64,000 nt of DNA from Octopus sinensis (Eukaryota). Under the pieces are notes generated by a model, which was given only the letters and a program-made list of their open reading frames with translations, was not told the origin of the DNA and did no database searches. The stretch lies in the NCBI RefSeq assembly GCF_006345805.1, contig NC_043006.1, forward strand, positions 14,818,001-14,882,000. The letters run 5' to 3'. Position 1 is the stretch's first letter. Each line of letters opens with the position of its first letter. Shown piece after piece: positions 36,098-53,786 of this stretch. The position numbers were made by a program, and so were the translations under genes.

Positions 36098-36142
36098 GGA
36101 CCACTGATGAGGTCACAGGAGTGTGACGAAAGAACTATGGCC
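36098..36142 (+). ncRNA. Type I hammerhead ribozyme-like motif
   Basis: ggacca-CTGATGA-g-gtcac(aggagt)gtgac-GAAA-g-aa-CTA-tggcc. Confidence 0.6.
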
Positions 36143-36383
36143 GAAATAAGATAAAGATTAATGTAAAAAATAAATAACGCTGAAGCAAAGTAACACCAAA
36201 TATATAGTGCGTGTGTTTTTATTGGCTAAACTGGCAAAATGACCATTCCGAAATGCAACAATAGTTATACTATTTAGCTTTCTTTAGTTTTGGGCCGCAG
36301 GTCCTTTTAGCCTTCCGCAAGAACTAACGTAGAAGTCCACACAGAAAGCGGTTTTTAGGCTAGTATATCAATAAACGCAAAAT

Positions 36384-36777
36384 TCTTATTTCTTTATTGC
36401 CCACAAGGGGCTAAACATGGAGGGGACAAACAAGGACAAACGGGATTAAGTCGATTACATCGACTCCAGTGTGTAACTGGTATTTAATTTATCGACCCCG
36501 AAAGGATGAAAGGCAAAGTCGACCTCGACGGAATTTGAACTCAGAACGTAACGGCAGACGAAATGCCTATTTCTTTATTACCCACAAGGGGCTAAACATA
36601 GAAGGGACAAACAAGGAAAGACATAGGTATTAAGTCGATTACATCGACTCCAGTATGTAACTGGTACTTAATTTATCGACCCCGAAAGGATGAAAGGCAA
36701 AGTCGACCTCGACGGAATTTGAACCCAGAACGTAACGGCAGACGAAATGCCGCTCAACATTTCGCTGCCAGTTCGCT
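36384..36777 (-). mobile_element. SINE family A dimer
   Basis: Two units; 14-bp TSD aataaacgcaaaat on both sides. Confidence 0.9.
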
Positions 36778-37274
36778 AATAAACGCAAAATCCCGTCTTT
36801 CTGGGACTCCTGCATCTCAGTCTAAATTTGCTTTCCATATTATTTCTTATTTTACCTTTTCGGAATCAGGATGATCCCCGGATTAAATACCTGCCTTTCA
36901 TTTGGTTCTTGAACATCCAGCATTGAAATCTGGTTTAAAAGCCTTTGGATTGTTAATACTAGCAGATAAAGCGACTGTGATAAGTGTCAATGCCATTGTA
37001 TTACTGAGAATAGGCGAACGGTTTACAAGAGTTAGCTCCCTTAGCTTAAAGCTTTTCTTAAGGAATTTAATGTTTTTTTTTTTTTATCTTCCTCAATCTG
37101 TGGCCGCGCTGGGGGTACGCTGTGACCTTGCTGGGGGCACGGCCATGAAGAATTTTTATCGTCCTGGTGCTTTTCTTTTTGGCCTCTTATACCGAACCAC
37201 TAAGTTACGTGAATATAAACACACCAACACCAGCTATCAAGCAGACACAATACACACAAACACGGATATATTCT

Positions 37275-38084
<810 letters not shown>

Positions 38085-38249
38085 AATATTCTGTTGTGTC
38101 TGGGGAGAGCCATTCTCTTTTAGTGCCTTATTACTTAACACACGCACCGGTTCAATTTCCACTCGTTTGCTTGTTTATTTTTTTCTAACCTTTTCAATAG
38201 TCCTTGACTCTGTACATTATCCGAGCTGCGGTCTTTTTGTCTGTTTGTG

Positions 38250-39230
<981 letters not shown>

Positions 39231-39650
39231 CGAGCAAAACGCCTCCCGTCCAATGGACGGTGCTGAGTTGTCAAACATTTAAACCAAGTTTTCTGAAAAC
39301 AACTTGTCCGACCGTCCCATTATTTGTGGCATTATTTCAAGCCAGCCAGCCTTTTTGGCGCAAACTGCACGTGCATTTTTCTCGCGTACGCATAGTATCG
39401 ATGGCAACAGCTGATGTAGTTGCGCGTACAAATCACGTTCCCACGGCTTTATCGATTGCATTCTCTCCTGGAATCGATTTTTGTAATTTTTTCAAGACTT
39501 ATACACGCTCTGATACCGTCGATATCTACGTATCAAATTTGAGCGCAATCGGATGGAGGATGCCCGCGATCCTAGAACACAGAGAGAGAGAGAGAGAAAG
39601 GGGGAGGGAGAGAGAGAAAGAGAGAGACAGAACGGATTTTATATATTATA
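39231..39650 (-). mobile_element. Helitron-like non-autonomous element
   Basis: Minus 3' end ccgtccattggacgg hairpin followed by tgCTCG|T (variant of CTAG); internal (GA)n. Confidence 0.5.
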
Positions 39651-39680
39651 TATATATAAAATATAATATATATATATATG

Positions 39681-39752
<72 letters not shown>

Positions 39753-39769
39753 ATATATATATGTATATA

Positions 39770-39828
<59 letters not shown>

Positions 39829-39863
39829 TTAGTTATATATATATATATATATTTTATATTTAG

Positions 39864-39906
<43 letters not shown>

Positions 39907-39941
39907 TAAGGGCTCCTAAATAAAGATGCCGAGTGCTGATA

Positions 39942-40010
<69 letters not shown>

Positions 40011-40147
40011 TATATATATATATTACATTGTGTGAAATTTGATTTAGTATTTCTAAATTGAATTTTTTTTCTTTGTAAGTTTGGATTTATTCCCTCAAAT
40101 AATAATAATAATAATAATAAATAATATATATATATATATATATATAT

Positions 40148-40196
<49 letters not shown>

Positions 40197-40226
40197 TATA
40201 CTATATATATATATATATATATCATA

Positions 40227-40278
<52 letters not shown>

Positions 40279-40280
40279 TA

Positions 40281-40351
<71 letters not shown>

Positions 40352-40360
40352 GTGTGTAAC
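39650..40360. repeat. (TA)n-dominated microsatellite block
   Basis: Directly visible. Confidence 0.9.
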
Positions 40361-41639
40361 GGGAGAATTGATTAGTAATCATTATGATTTGTCGAAGTCA
40401 GCAGATCTTCTCTTCTCTTATCTTATCTCTTATGTCTTATGACAAAAGGCAGATTTTCTCTGCCTGTTCCCGTGTTCCTTTTTAATACAATTCTACAATA
40501 TAGAATTTCTTCAATTGGAATTTACCTATGATTTTTCCAAGTAGATTCGATTGGGTCATGGCATATAAAGTTTTTTCAATTTGACCCCTAATTAACAAAA
40601 ATTCGAGAAAACTCAATATTTTACGATTTGCCTCTCTCATTTCAAGTGGTTTACTCCTGCTATTACCACCACACTTTCTCCTACTTTCTCTTTGCAAGTG
40701 TGAAACTATTAAAGTGAAAGTATTATATAACAGAGATGAGCCATTAATAGTGGTCATCCTTTTTGCTAGAGGAAGATCCGCTATGGTCTTATATGCTACA
40801 CCATTGGTTTTCAATTCATATTAATCAAATTAATATTCAAATTTTCGCCCTTATTATGTGTGTGTGTGTGTGTGTATTAGCAATTCGTATAAAATTGCAT
40901 CAATGACTTGGTTTCACATAAATGGGGATAAATTAAAAAGGTTTGTTGTTATTATTATTACTGTTTGACTATTGTAATCACGTTTGTTGGTTCCTGGTCA
41001 GGGAAACGTTGTTGTGTTGCATTTGTTAAATAATTGTAAACCGTAACCCTCCCCCTATCGGAGAAGGGGCTTTGGTTATTGTTTAAAAATTGAATTGTGT
41101 CCCTGTTTGGGGAAATTGACAATATTTTCACCGTCTTTACGGAAGCATTTTTGTTAAAATGCCTTCGATAGAAGAAAGTCCAAAGATGAATTTCGCTGCA
41201 GCCGTACACTTCTATACAAGAGGGAGGACAAGATCCAATTGATCGAAATTGCAAGAGACAGGCCTACAATTCCAGTCTGTTATATATTTTGAGTATTGTT
41301 ATCACTAGCGATATCAAGATATAACTTTGTATTTTGTATTTTATGTGTATATGTATATATATAGATGTACATGTAATATGTACACATATATATACACATA
41401 TATACATGCATAATATATCTACCCATACACACATACGCACACACACACACACATACATAGGGGCAGGTGTGGCTGTGTGGTAACAAACTACGTTCCAAAC
41501 ACATGGTCCTGGGTTCAGTCCCACTGTGTGGTGACTTGGCATGTGTCTTCTGCTGTAGCTTCAGACCAACAAAAGCCTTCTCAGTGGATTTTGTACATAT
41601 ATACAGGCATACATATATATATATGCATACGTACATATT

Positions 41640-43413
41640 CGGCATAAACACTCTACCACTACAACTAATAACTGTTGGGAACACTTTCAAACCTGCCTTA
41701 CATTCGAACCGGAATCTCAAAAACATTGTCCCCTTCAGCGCCAAGCTCAACTGCTCTATCCTGACATGGAGGGTATCAGCAATGAAATCTATAACAAAAC
41801 ACTCATTGACGTTGAAGACAGAATTGCTAAAAATGAATTGTCGACGTATGGCCTGCCACAAGCATCCAGGTCAGGGTCAAATAGCCTCCCCACTGCTGTT
41901 ATTCGTGAAACAACCTACGACACTCAAGCGCTTTCAAAATACGTTGTTGAAAATGAGCCTAAATTACTTCCGGACCAGCTGCAGGCCTACAAAACTATTC
42001 TTAACAGTGTACGTCAACGCGAGGGACGAATCTTCTTCCTCGATGCTCCTGGAGGGACAGGAAAAACATTTATTACAAAGCTTCTCCTTGCAGAAGTTAG
42101 GTAGCATCAGGACATTGCAGTTGCTGTAGCCTCCTCTGGCATTGCAGCTACTTTGTTACCCGGTGGCAGGACAGCACACTCAACTTTTAAACTCCCTCTC
42201 AATTTAGCAGCATCCGAAATGCCTTCATGCAACATCAACAGAAGCTCAGATCAGGGACAAGTACTTAAAATGTACTATGTAATTGTCTGGGATGAGTGCA
42301 CTATGGCTCACAAGGGAGCTTTGGAAGCATTAGATAGAGCCCTGAAAGACATCCGAGACTGTCAGGCTCCGATGGGAGGTGTAACGCTTCTGTTGTCAGG
42401 TGATTTCAGGCAAACTCTTCCTGTCATTCCGAAAGGCACTAGAGCTGATGAAGTTCAAGCATGCATAAAGTCCTCTACCATGTGGCATCATGTTACAATC
42501 GTTAGTCTCACCACTAACATGAGAGCTCAGCTACACGGCGACAAGACGTCCACAAAGTTTGCACAGGACATTTTGACACTTGGTGAAGGCAAGATGCCTC
42601 TCGATGCTGCAGGACAAATGGAAGTGTGGTCATTTTCCTCTGTTGTTAATTCTGTAGATGACCTCAAAAGCAAAGTCTTTCCCAACTTCACACAAAACTA
42701 CCAAAATCACAATTGGCTGTGAAAGAGCAATATTAGCACCAAAAAAAAGTCGCTGCTAACAAAATTAATCAACAGCTAATGCATTCTCTTCCCGGCACTA
42801 TACACACTTACAAGTCTGTTGATACAATTCCAGATATAAATGAAGTTGTGAACTATCCTCCTGAATTTCTCAATTCACTGGAGCCTCCTCGACTACCTCC
42901 ACACATATTACCACTTTAAAGTTGGAACTCCTGTAATGCTACTCCGCAATCTGGAACCACCAAGACTTTGCAATGGAACACGACTGGTGATAAAGAAAAC
43001 GATATCACACGTTATCGAGGCGATCATTCTTTCTGGATGTGGAAAAGGTGATGACGTCTTTATTCCAAGATTTCTTCTTACACCATCAGGAGCAGAAATT
43101 CCATTTACATTCAGAAGACTGCAATTCCCCCTTCGTGTCAGCTTTGCCATGTCCATTAACAAATCTCAGGGTCAAACCCTCTCTGTAGCTGGTCTTCTCT
43201 TGGAAGAGCCCTGCTTCTCGCATAGGCAACTGTATGTTGGCTGCTCGAGAGTAGGAACCAAAAGAAACCTTTTTGTATATGCTCCACAAGGAAAATCAAG
43301 GAACATTGTTTACAACGAGGTGTTATAATCTCAACAGCCAGGAGGTATATACATGATCCCCTTTTTTTTAACAAACTTCATGTACATTCATGTATTTATA
43401 TTAATATACATAT

Positions 43414-43452
<39 letters not shown>

Positions 43453-43536
43453 CCATATATATATATATATATATATAACAGAAAAGTCTAATTCTTCTAT
43501 TGAATGTAACCGGGCAACGCCGGGTATCTCTGCTAG
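41640..43536 (+). mobile_element. 5'-truncated Helitron
   Basis: Helicase coding region followed by the 3' hairpin ccgggcaacgccggg and CTAG|T at 43533-43537. Confidence 0.9.
41766..43328 (+). pseudogene. Helitron RepHel PIF1-family helicase domain (disrupted)
   Basis: DAPGGTGKT, WDECTM, GDFRQTLPV, LRNL..LCNGTRL, QFPLRVSFAMSINKSQGQTL, QLYVGCSRV; in-frame TAG at 42102 and frameshifts near 42720 and 42915. Confidence 0.95.
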
Positions 43537-43589
43537 TATGACGATAAAAATTTGTTATTATAATTGTTTACTGTAGGATGTGAAAGATA

Positions 43590-46059
<2,470 letters not shown>

Positions 46060-46849
46060 TACATATACACATACACACACACACACGCACGCACACACAC
46101 ACACAAATATATATATACTACATATGTGGAAAATCGGAGTGTGTTTCTTTGTGGCATTGTTAGCTAACTCCTCCAACATCGTTTTATTGATTTTGATGAA
46201 ACTAGACACGTGAGTAGAACTCATGTCTGGAAACCTCGTGACATACTTAGATTGTTGAAAATATTGATAATACAGCCCCTGGAAGGTATCGTTATATCTA
46301 CATCATATGATTAATTTTTTAAACACCCAAGGGAAATAACCCATAGCATCTGCACAATATTTTTTTAAATACTCAAGGGATATAACCCATAGCACTGGCA
46401 CTTACAGTTGTTAGTTTTTAGCGAAGCGATCAATATTTGATTCTCACGATCAGCGGACCTAATTCTGCATTTCACTACTCAGTTTTCAACTGCTAAACCT
46501 TAGTATTGCACTTTCTTGATGCATGTACACTTTCAGTGCCCATAACTCCGATAATTCTACATTTTTCCAGTTAAAATTTTTCGATGACGAACTCAAAACC
46601 CGGTTGGTCTGCTGGTTCTGTCGCTGGAAGTCTGTAAGAGTTTGCTCTCGTGTTTGCAATTTCTCTCAGATGCGGCTGTGCATCGTCAATCAGCTTGAAG
46701 AGATGTCCTCTTGGGGTTAAAAAAATCGCAGTAAAATCCGTTCGAACGGACAGTCATGTTCGAAGTGACGACGAACATTAATTTAGTATAACTACTGCAT
46801 TAATCTCTTTGACAGATTTTAGAACTAGCACTTTTGCCTTTTGCATACA

Positions 46850-47230
46850 TCAGCGACTGTACGTCACTTGAAATAGTAAGTCATAACGTATTTATTACTG
46901 GATGTAATGCGTTAACATATTAGAATGGTTTGAAAGAAAAGGCTTGTAGCATATTACATGAACATACTTTGCAACCACATGTCTCAAAGCAAATGAGGCG
47001 AATATGCACGCATGCGTATGTGTGTGCGAGTGGCGTGGCTCAATGTGTACCTCTAGGAACCGACAGGCAAAAGCAGCGCAAAATTAGAAAAGCGTTTGCT
47101 TTATATAAGGGATGAACCGGAAGTCCCTGACTTCCACGTCATCCGGAAGTTAATTGAAAGTTTCTAGAATATTTGAGAAGCTCGAGGGAGATTACTCTCG
47201 TTAGATCCCTGTTTCGTTTTGCTTTCCTGC
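46850..47230. promoter_or_regulatory. Housekeeping-type promoter-like island
   Basis: CCGGAAGT at 47117 and 47143, reverse GGAAGTC at 47129, ACGTCA at 47137, palindrome acgcatgcgt at 47008; locally CpG-rich unique sequence. Confidence 0.4.
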
Positions 47231-47260
47231 TTGACCACCAGGGATCACTACAAAATTATA

Positions 47261-47750
47261 CATTGGGTCATCCCATAAATACTGCAGTTTTTTCAATTGC
47301 ATGAACTAAAAGTCAAAGGGGGACGGGATAAATTACCTGCTTCAACTTGCTATAAAAGCAGGGAGAAATTTTACCTTGTACTTATTCTTAGTGCAAGTTT
47401 TGAAGAGTGCAGTTCAATTTTAACAGTTATTTTCTCAAAGCTATAAAGGAAGTGACAGAGGAGCATATTTTGATATATTTTGCTTTATGAGTTCAACAAC
47501 GGCAACAATGTAATGGAAAGTGCGAGGAATATTAATGCAGTATATGGGGATTGTATAATAAGCGTAAGCTAATGTCAACGGTGGTTCTGGAAATTCTGAG
47601 CTGGAAACTGCAATCTAGAAGATGAGCCTTTTTCTGGAAGATCTGTAGAGCTCGACAAGGATGACCTGAAAACTCTGGTGGAACAAAATCCGATCATAAC
47701 TGTTGAGGAACTAGCAGAGAAGCCTGGATTTGGTCGTTCAACCATTCAAC
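47261..47750 (+). mobile_element. Mariner 5' half
   Basis: TA|cattgggtcatcccataa TIR; degenerate HTH (LYEFNNG...ARNINAVYG...QRWF...LEDEP...LVEQNP..TVEELAEK). Confidence 0.85.
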
Positions 47751-49300
47751 AAATCGCATACTGGCATGGGTTGGACGGTTCGACTGGGGTCTGGGAAGCC
47801 AGTAGGCTGCACCAGACTCCAATCTGGTCTGGCAGTGTTTCTACAGCTGAATGCGCTTAACACCACCCACTCCGAGAGTGTAGTGGGTACTTTTTACGTA
47901 CAGGGTCCAGAGGGGGCTGGCATCAACCACATTTGGATGGTACTTTTTACGTGCCACCGGCACAAGGAGCCAGACAGGAGGCGCTAGCATCAGCCATAAC
48001 TACAATTTCCATTTGATTGTGGTTTGATTTGATTTTGATGTACTTGACTCAATAGGTCTCCTCAAGCACGGAATGTCGCCCTACGAACCAAAGGTACTTT
48101 TTGAGTGGGCGGGCTGGTATCTTTATCAGTTTTTTTATCATTTCATTGTCAAAAGTTTATACAATGCCTTTTTAGAATACAACTTATAAATTATCATCCA
48201 TGTTAAGTTAGTTTAGTTGTGATACCTCAATCGGCCCCCTAGGTGGGTGCTGGGCATAACAACTACTAACAAAAGGGGTGCTACAAAAAAAAATGGTTAA
48301 GAACCACTGCACTAGATGGAAACACTTGAGTATGATCTTCCTCCAATAGAGATGGGAACTTCTCCAAAGCTGAAGACCTCCCTCATAGCTGCTCAGAACC
48401 ACCACGGATCCAGTGGAAGTTACTCAACCACCTGAGAATGAGAATGGGAAAATCAAAAGTTGTTTTGGTCAGTTGGGACTATAAGAAAGGCCCAACTGCC
48501 AGAGAATGTGAAGAAGTGGCCCATACTATGGAGAGCTACCTTGTCTGTCCTTCACCACCCAAACCCCTGCAGCAAAAAGACCTTGCAGAGTATTGTAAAA
48601 ATGCAAAAAATTGTGTAAAGAAATGGGAAACTGCCATATGATCATTTTACTTTTGAGATATTTAGACATTATTGTGGATTACTTTTTAGAAACTTTAGAA
48701 AATTGATATTTATTATTTTTAATCCTTAAATGTTTTAGAAATCCATGTGAATATTTTCTAAGTTTGCAATGCATCTGGACTCACTTTGTGATACAAGATA
48801 ACATTTGAACGTTCTCACCTTCTGAGACCTACTCACTTTGTATATAATAAAGTGAGCACCATCATCATCATCATCGTTTAACGTCTGCTTTCCATGCTGG
48901 CATGGGTTGGACGATTTGACTGAGGGCTGGGGAACCAGAAGGCTACGCCAAGCTTCAATCTTGATCTGGCAGAGTTTCTACAGTTGGATGCCCTTCCTAA
49001 TGCCAACCACTCCGAGAGTGTAGTGGGTGCTTTCACGTGCTACCGGTACTGGCAATGACCTCACTCGAATTTTTTACACATACCACCGGCACAGGTGCCA
49101 GTAAGGCAATGCTGGTAATGCTCACAATTAATTTAAATGGTTTGGTTTACTACATCAATTATAATTACACTGTAGTGATGAGAGAAAAAATACAGGAATC
49201 CTTTGCCATGGAATGTTTTTTGTTTTAAACTACCATCATGTTTATCAGCACACTACACAAATTCTGATCCTTGATCCATACACTCATCAATCATTCCATT

Positions 49301-51073
49301 TTAACCATTTCATTACTGTATTTCTGTTGAGATGCTCTGTGTTTCTTTCAATTAATTTTAAATATAAGAAAGAATTTAGTAAAATAGCTTAGTTATCATT
49401 AAGCTCGTGTTAGAAACATAAATTGTGACTAAGGTTTGGTGGAAGATTTTAATTCGAAACTTATGGAAACAAGATATTTGTATTCAGAGACAGGGCCAGT
49501 TTCAGTCGGGTTAGTAATGAAAGAGTTTATCTAGAAATGATTTTCATTACCTCTGCTAGGTTACAATATTTTCTCAATGTTAATGAGGCATGTTAATTCT
49601 TCAAGCACTTTTAACCCTTTCATTTCTGTATTCATTTTGAGATGCTCTGTGTTTCTTTCAATTATTTTAAATATAAGAAAGAATTTAGTAAAATAGCTTA
49701 GTTATCATTCAGCTCGTGTTAGGAACATTAATTGTGACTAAGGTTTGGTGGGAGATTTTAATTCGAAACTTATGGAAACAAGATATTTGTATTCAGAGAC
49801 AGGGCCAGTTTCAGTCGGGTTAGTAACGAAAGAGTTTATCTAGAAATGATTTTCATTACCTCTGCTAGGTTACAATATTTTCTCAATGTTAATGAGGCAT
49901 GTTAATTCTTCAAGCACTTTTAACCCTTTCATTTCTGTATTCATTTTGAGATGCTCTGTGTTTCTTTCAATTATTTTAAATATAAGAAAGAATTTAGTAA
50001 AATAGCTTAGTTATCATTCAGCTCGTGTTAGGAACATTAATTGTGACTAAGGTTTGGTGGGAGATTTTAATTCGAAACTTATGGAAACAAGATATTTGTA
50101 TTCAGAGACAGGGCCAGTTTCAGTCGGGTTAGTAACGAAAGAGTTTATCTAGAAATGATTTTCATTACCTCTGCTAGGTTACAATATTTTCTCAATGTTA
50201 ATGAGGCATGTTAATTCTTCAAGCACTTTTAACCCTTTCATTTCTGCATTCATTTTGAGATGCTCTGTGTTTCTTTCAATTATTTTAAATATAAGAAAGA
50301 ATTTAGTAAAATAGCTTAGTTATCATTCAGCTCGTGTTAGGAACATTAATTGTGACTAAGGTTTGGTGGGAGATTTTAATTCGAAACTTATGGAAACAAG
50401 ATATTTGTATTCAGAGACAGGGCCAGTTTCAGTCGGGTTAGTAACGAAAGAGTTTATCTAGAATTGATTTTCATTACCTCTGCTAGGTTACAATATTTTC
50501 TCAATGTTAATGAGGCATGTTAATTCTTCAAGCACTTTTAACCCTTTCATTTCTGTATTCATTTTGAGATGCTCTGTGTTTCTTTCAATTATTTTAAATA
50601 TAAGAAAGAATTTAGTAAAATAGCTTAGTTATCATTCAGCTCGTGTTAGGAACATTAATTGTGACTAAGGTTTGGTGGGAGATTTTAATTCGAAACTTAT
50701 GGAAACAAGATATTTGTATTCAGAGACAGGGCCAGTTTCAGTCGGGTTAGTAATGAAAGAGTTTATCTAGAAATGATTTTCATTACCTCTGCTAGGTTAC
50801 AATATTTTCTCAATGTTAATGAGGCATGTTAATTCTTCAAGCACTTTTAACCCTTGCATTTCTGTATTCATTTTGAGATGCTCTGTTTCTTTCAATTATT
50901 TTAAATATAAGAAAGAATTTAGTAAAATAGCTTAGTTATCATTCAGCTCGTGTTAGGAACATAAATTGTGACTAAGGTTTGGTGGGAGATTTTAATTCGA
51001 AACTTACGAAAACAAGACATTTTTACTACAGAGCCAGAGCTTGTTTCAGCCGGGTTAGTAATGAAAGGGTTAA
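49301..51073 (+). repeat. Tandem array, 309-bp unit x5.7, each unit a TTAA-CCCTT MITE plus spacer
   Basis: Unit starts at 49305, 49615, 49924, 50233, 50542, 50851; the final unit ends aaaggg-TTAA. Confidence 0.95.
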
Positions 51074-51084
51074 GCATTATATTG

Positions 51085-51340
51085 GATTTATGGGAAAATA
51101 TGGTGGAGACAGTTAATGGAGAAGCTTCTTGAACACTTGACATAATTTTCTCTCTGTTGTCACATATTGTTACCACAGTAGATGTTGCAAGATTTAATGT
51201 TTCAGTAATATAACTCAGGTTTTCTTCCACATCAAGTCTTTTTAAAACACCAAGTTTGATATTCAGTGTAATCTTTTTATAGTTTCTTTTCAAACTGTTG
51301 CCTTCAGTTCTACTTAATAGCTTCTTTCCAGACATCTTAA
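51085..51340 (-). pseudogene. Tigger/pogo transposase N-terminal HTH fragment
   Basis: KKITLNIKLGVLKRLD..ENLSYI.ETLNLATSTVVTICDNREKI. Confidence 0.8.
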
Positions 51341-51389
51341 ACTGAAGATAAATCCAAAAGTGTCAGCAATTAATTTTCCACAACAAATA

Positions 51390-52035
51390 TCATCATCATC
51401 ATCGTCATCACCATCGTTTATCATCTGTTTTCCATGCTAGCATGGGTTGGATGGTTCGACCGGGGTCTGGGAAGCCAGGAGGCTGCACCAGGCCCAGTCT
51501 GATCTGGCAGTGTTTCTACAGCTGGATGCCCTTCTTAACGCCAACCACTCCGTGAGTGTAGTGGGTGCTTTTTACGTGCCACCAGCACAGGTGCCAGGTG
51601 AGGCTGGCAATGGCCACGATCGGTTGGTGCTTTTTACGTGCCACTGGCACAGAGGCCAGTCAAGGCGGCACTGGCAACGGCCAAGTTCAGATGGTGCTTT
51701 TTACGTGCCACCGGCACTGGTATCACAACTGCAATTTCCATTGACTTTTGATCGATTTCGATTTCACTTGCCTCAACAGGTCTTTGCAAGCAGAGTTTTG
51801 TATCCCAAGAAGGAAAGGTATGCATAAGTGAACTGGCTACATCCAGATAGGGGCCACAGGTTATGGTCTCACTTGTCCTGCCAGGTCTTCTCATGCACAG
51901 CATACTTCCAAAGGTCTCGGTCACTAGTCATTGCCTCGGTGAGGCCTAATGTTTGAAGGTCGTGCTTCACCATCTCGTCCCAGGTTTTCCTGGGTCTACC
52001 TCTTCCACAGGTTCCCTCAACCGCTAAGGTGTGGC
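51390..52035 (-). mobile_element. RTE LINE 3' end (ORF2 tail plus UTR)
   Basis: AVEGTCGRGRPRKTWDEMVKHDL..LGLTEAMTSDRDLWKYAV, then the minisatellite UTR and (gat)n tail. Confidence 0.9.
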
Positions 52036-52421
52036 ACTTTTTCACACAAATATGTAGTAAATAAAATTTAGCCAAGGAAGAATCTGTTTTGAGAGAGTGG
52101 AAAATTCTTACTCCTGTGGATGTAATAATGAAAATGGGATGAAAAGGTGAAGGACTGAGGAAGAGAAATACTATATGATTACAGTTAGCTGAAAGGCCAC
52201 CAGATTTTATAAGCAATTTGCCCCTTGAACTTCTGACTTAAACACACACTCACACACTACGCAAATATTCACACACACCCCCTGATATACACATACACAT
52301 GTTCTCTATTATTATTGAAATGAAATTCAATCATTATATAATATAATATCGTATATGCTATTTATATTTGTTATTTCCATTCAGTGCAGTCGTCTCTCTT
52401 GCACACCACATCTGCTGCTTC

Positions 52422-52871
52422 TTAGGTCCAACTTTGTCCATAAGTGCAAAATCCTGTAAGCTGAGGCAGCTGTAATGTGTGACATCTGTATATTAATGAT
52501 ACATGTTGATCAAGTAAATCAAAGGAAGCCAACCTCAGAATTTACGTTATTTAAAAACAGAATACAATGGGGCAGTGAAACCAATGTTGTTGGCAGTGCA
52601 TATATATATATATATATATAATAATTATTTGAGGGAATATTAATCCTAAATTACAGGGAAAAATATTCAATTGAGAAAAACTAAATCAAATTTCACACAA
52701 TATAATAAATAAATAATATAAAATTAGAAAAAAAACATCTTTTATCTATTCAAAATGAACAACTAAATTACACCATCCAGAAAATTACATATTTCTATTA
52801 TATGTAATTTTCTGGATGGTGTAATTTAATTGTTCATTTTAAGAATTGATAAAAGATGTTTTTTTCTAATT

Positions 52872-52911
<40 letters not shown>

Positions 52912-53258
52912 GAAATGAAGAAAATGCTGACAAAATAATTTAAGTAAGGGAGAGTGTATTTAATTAGGTGAAAGTTCTTTTTACCGGTTGCGCATTTGTT
53001 ATGCTTATCAAAAGATATTTTGAGTGAGATAGAGTTCCTTTCTGATTGATTTTTTTCTCTTATCTGATAGAAAAAAATCAATCAGAAAGGAACTCTATCT
53101 CACTCAAAATATCTTTTGATAAGCATAACAAATGCGCAACCGGTAAAAAGAACTTTCACCTAATTAAATACACTCTCCCTTACTTAAATTATTTTGTCAG
53201 CATTTTCTTCATTTCCTTTTTTTTATATATCACAACTCGTGTTCCACATCTCCTTTTT

Positions 53259-53300
<42 letters not shown>

Positions 53301-53753
53301 ACAAGATAAGGGGAGAAGAAAAATTCTAATGCCAAATATGCCAAAACAAAAAATTGTCGATAACCATTATAATTTATGTGTCTCGAAACAAACCGATAGA
53401 AATCTCTAAAAAATTCGTTATTACCGTATTGGTCCAATTTCGGGGTTAATTCATAAGAAAATTTTCCCCTCTTCAGTGGCAAATACGCGAGATATAAGTG
53501 AAATACTTACTCATACCCATGGAAAAAGCAAGCACTAAGTCCTGAGCAGACTTAAGTACCCCAAATATATCCAAAATAGAAAAATCTTTGGCACATCTCG
53601 AGACACAATTTTTTGTTTCGGCATATTTGGCATAAGAATTTTTCTTCTGCCCTTATCTTGTAAATTATTTATAAATTTAACCTTTGAAGGTAATTTTTGA
53701 TATGCTGGCCATTGATAAAATTTTTTTCCTGAAAAAATTTTATCCTACATTAG

Positions 53754-53786
<33 letters not shown>

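Larger units (their letters stand above)
35700..37070 (+). mobile_element. Degenerate Penelope-like element with partial tandem repeat
   Basis: ~75-bp direct repeat at 35716-35790 / 36866-36941; frameshifted EQ..QL.FQLGT endonuclease-end-like peptide; hammerhead core in the 3' part. Confidence 0.5.

Noticed and set aside
40482-41254. Two minus-strand ORFs, possibly a PLE RT region
   Set aside because: No diagnostic motif recognised.
41467-42129. 220-aa plus-strand ORF
   Set aside because: Alternative frame over a SINE remnant and the Helitron helicase.
41766-43328. Cellular PIF1 gene
   Set aside because: Intronless, disrupted, and ends at a Helitron hairpin-CTAG terminus.
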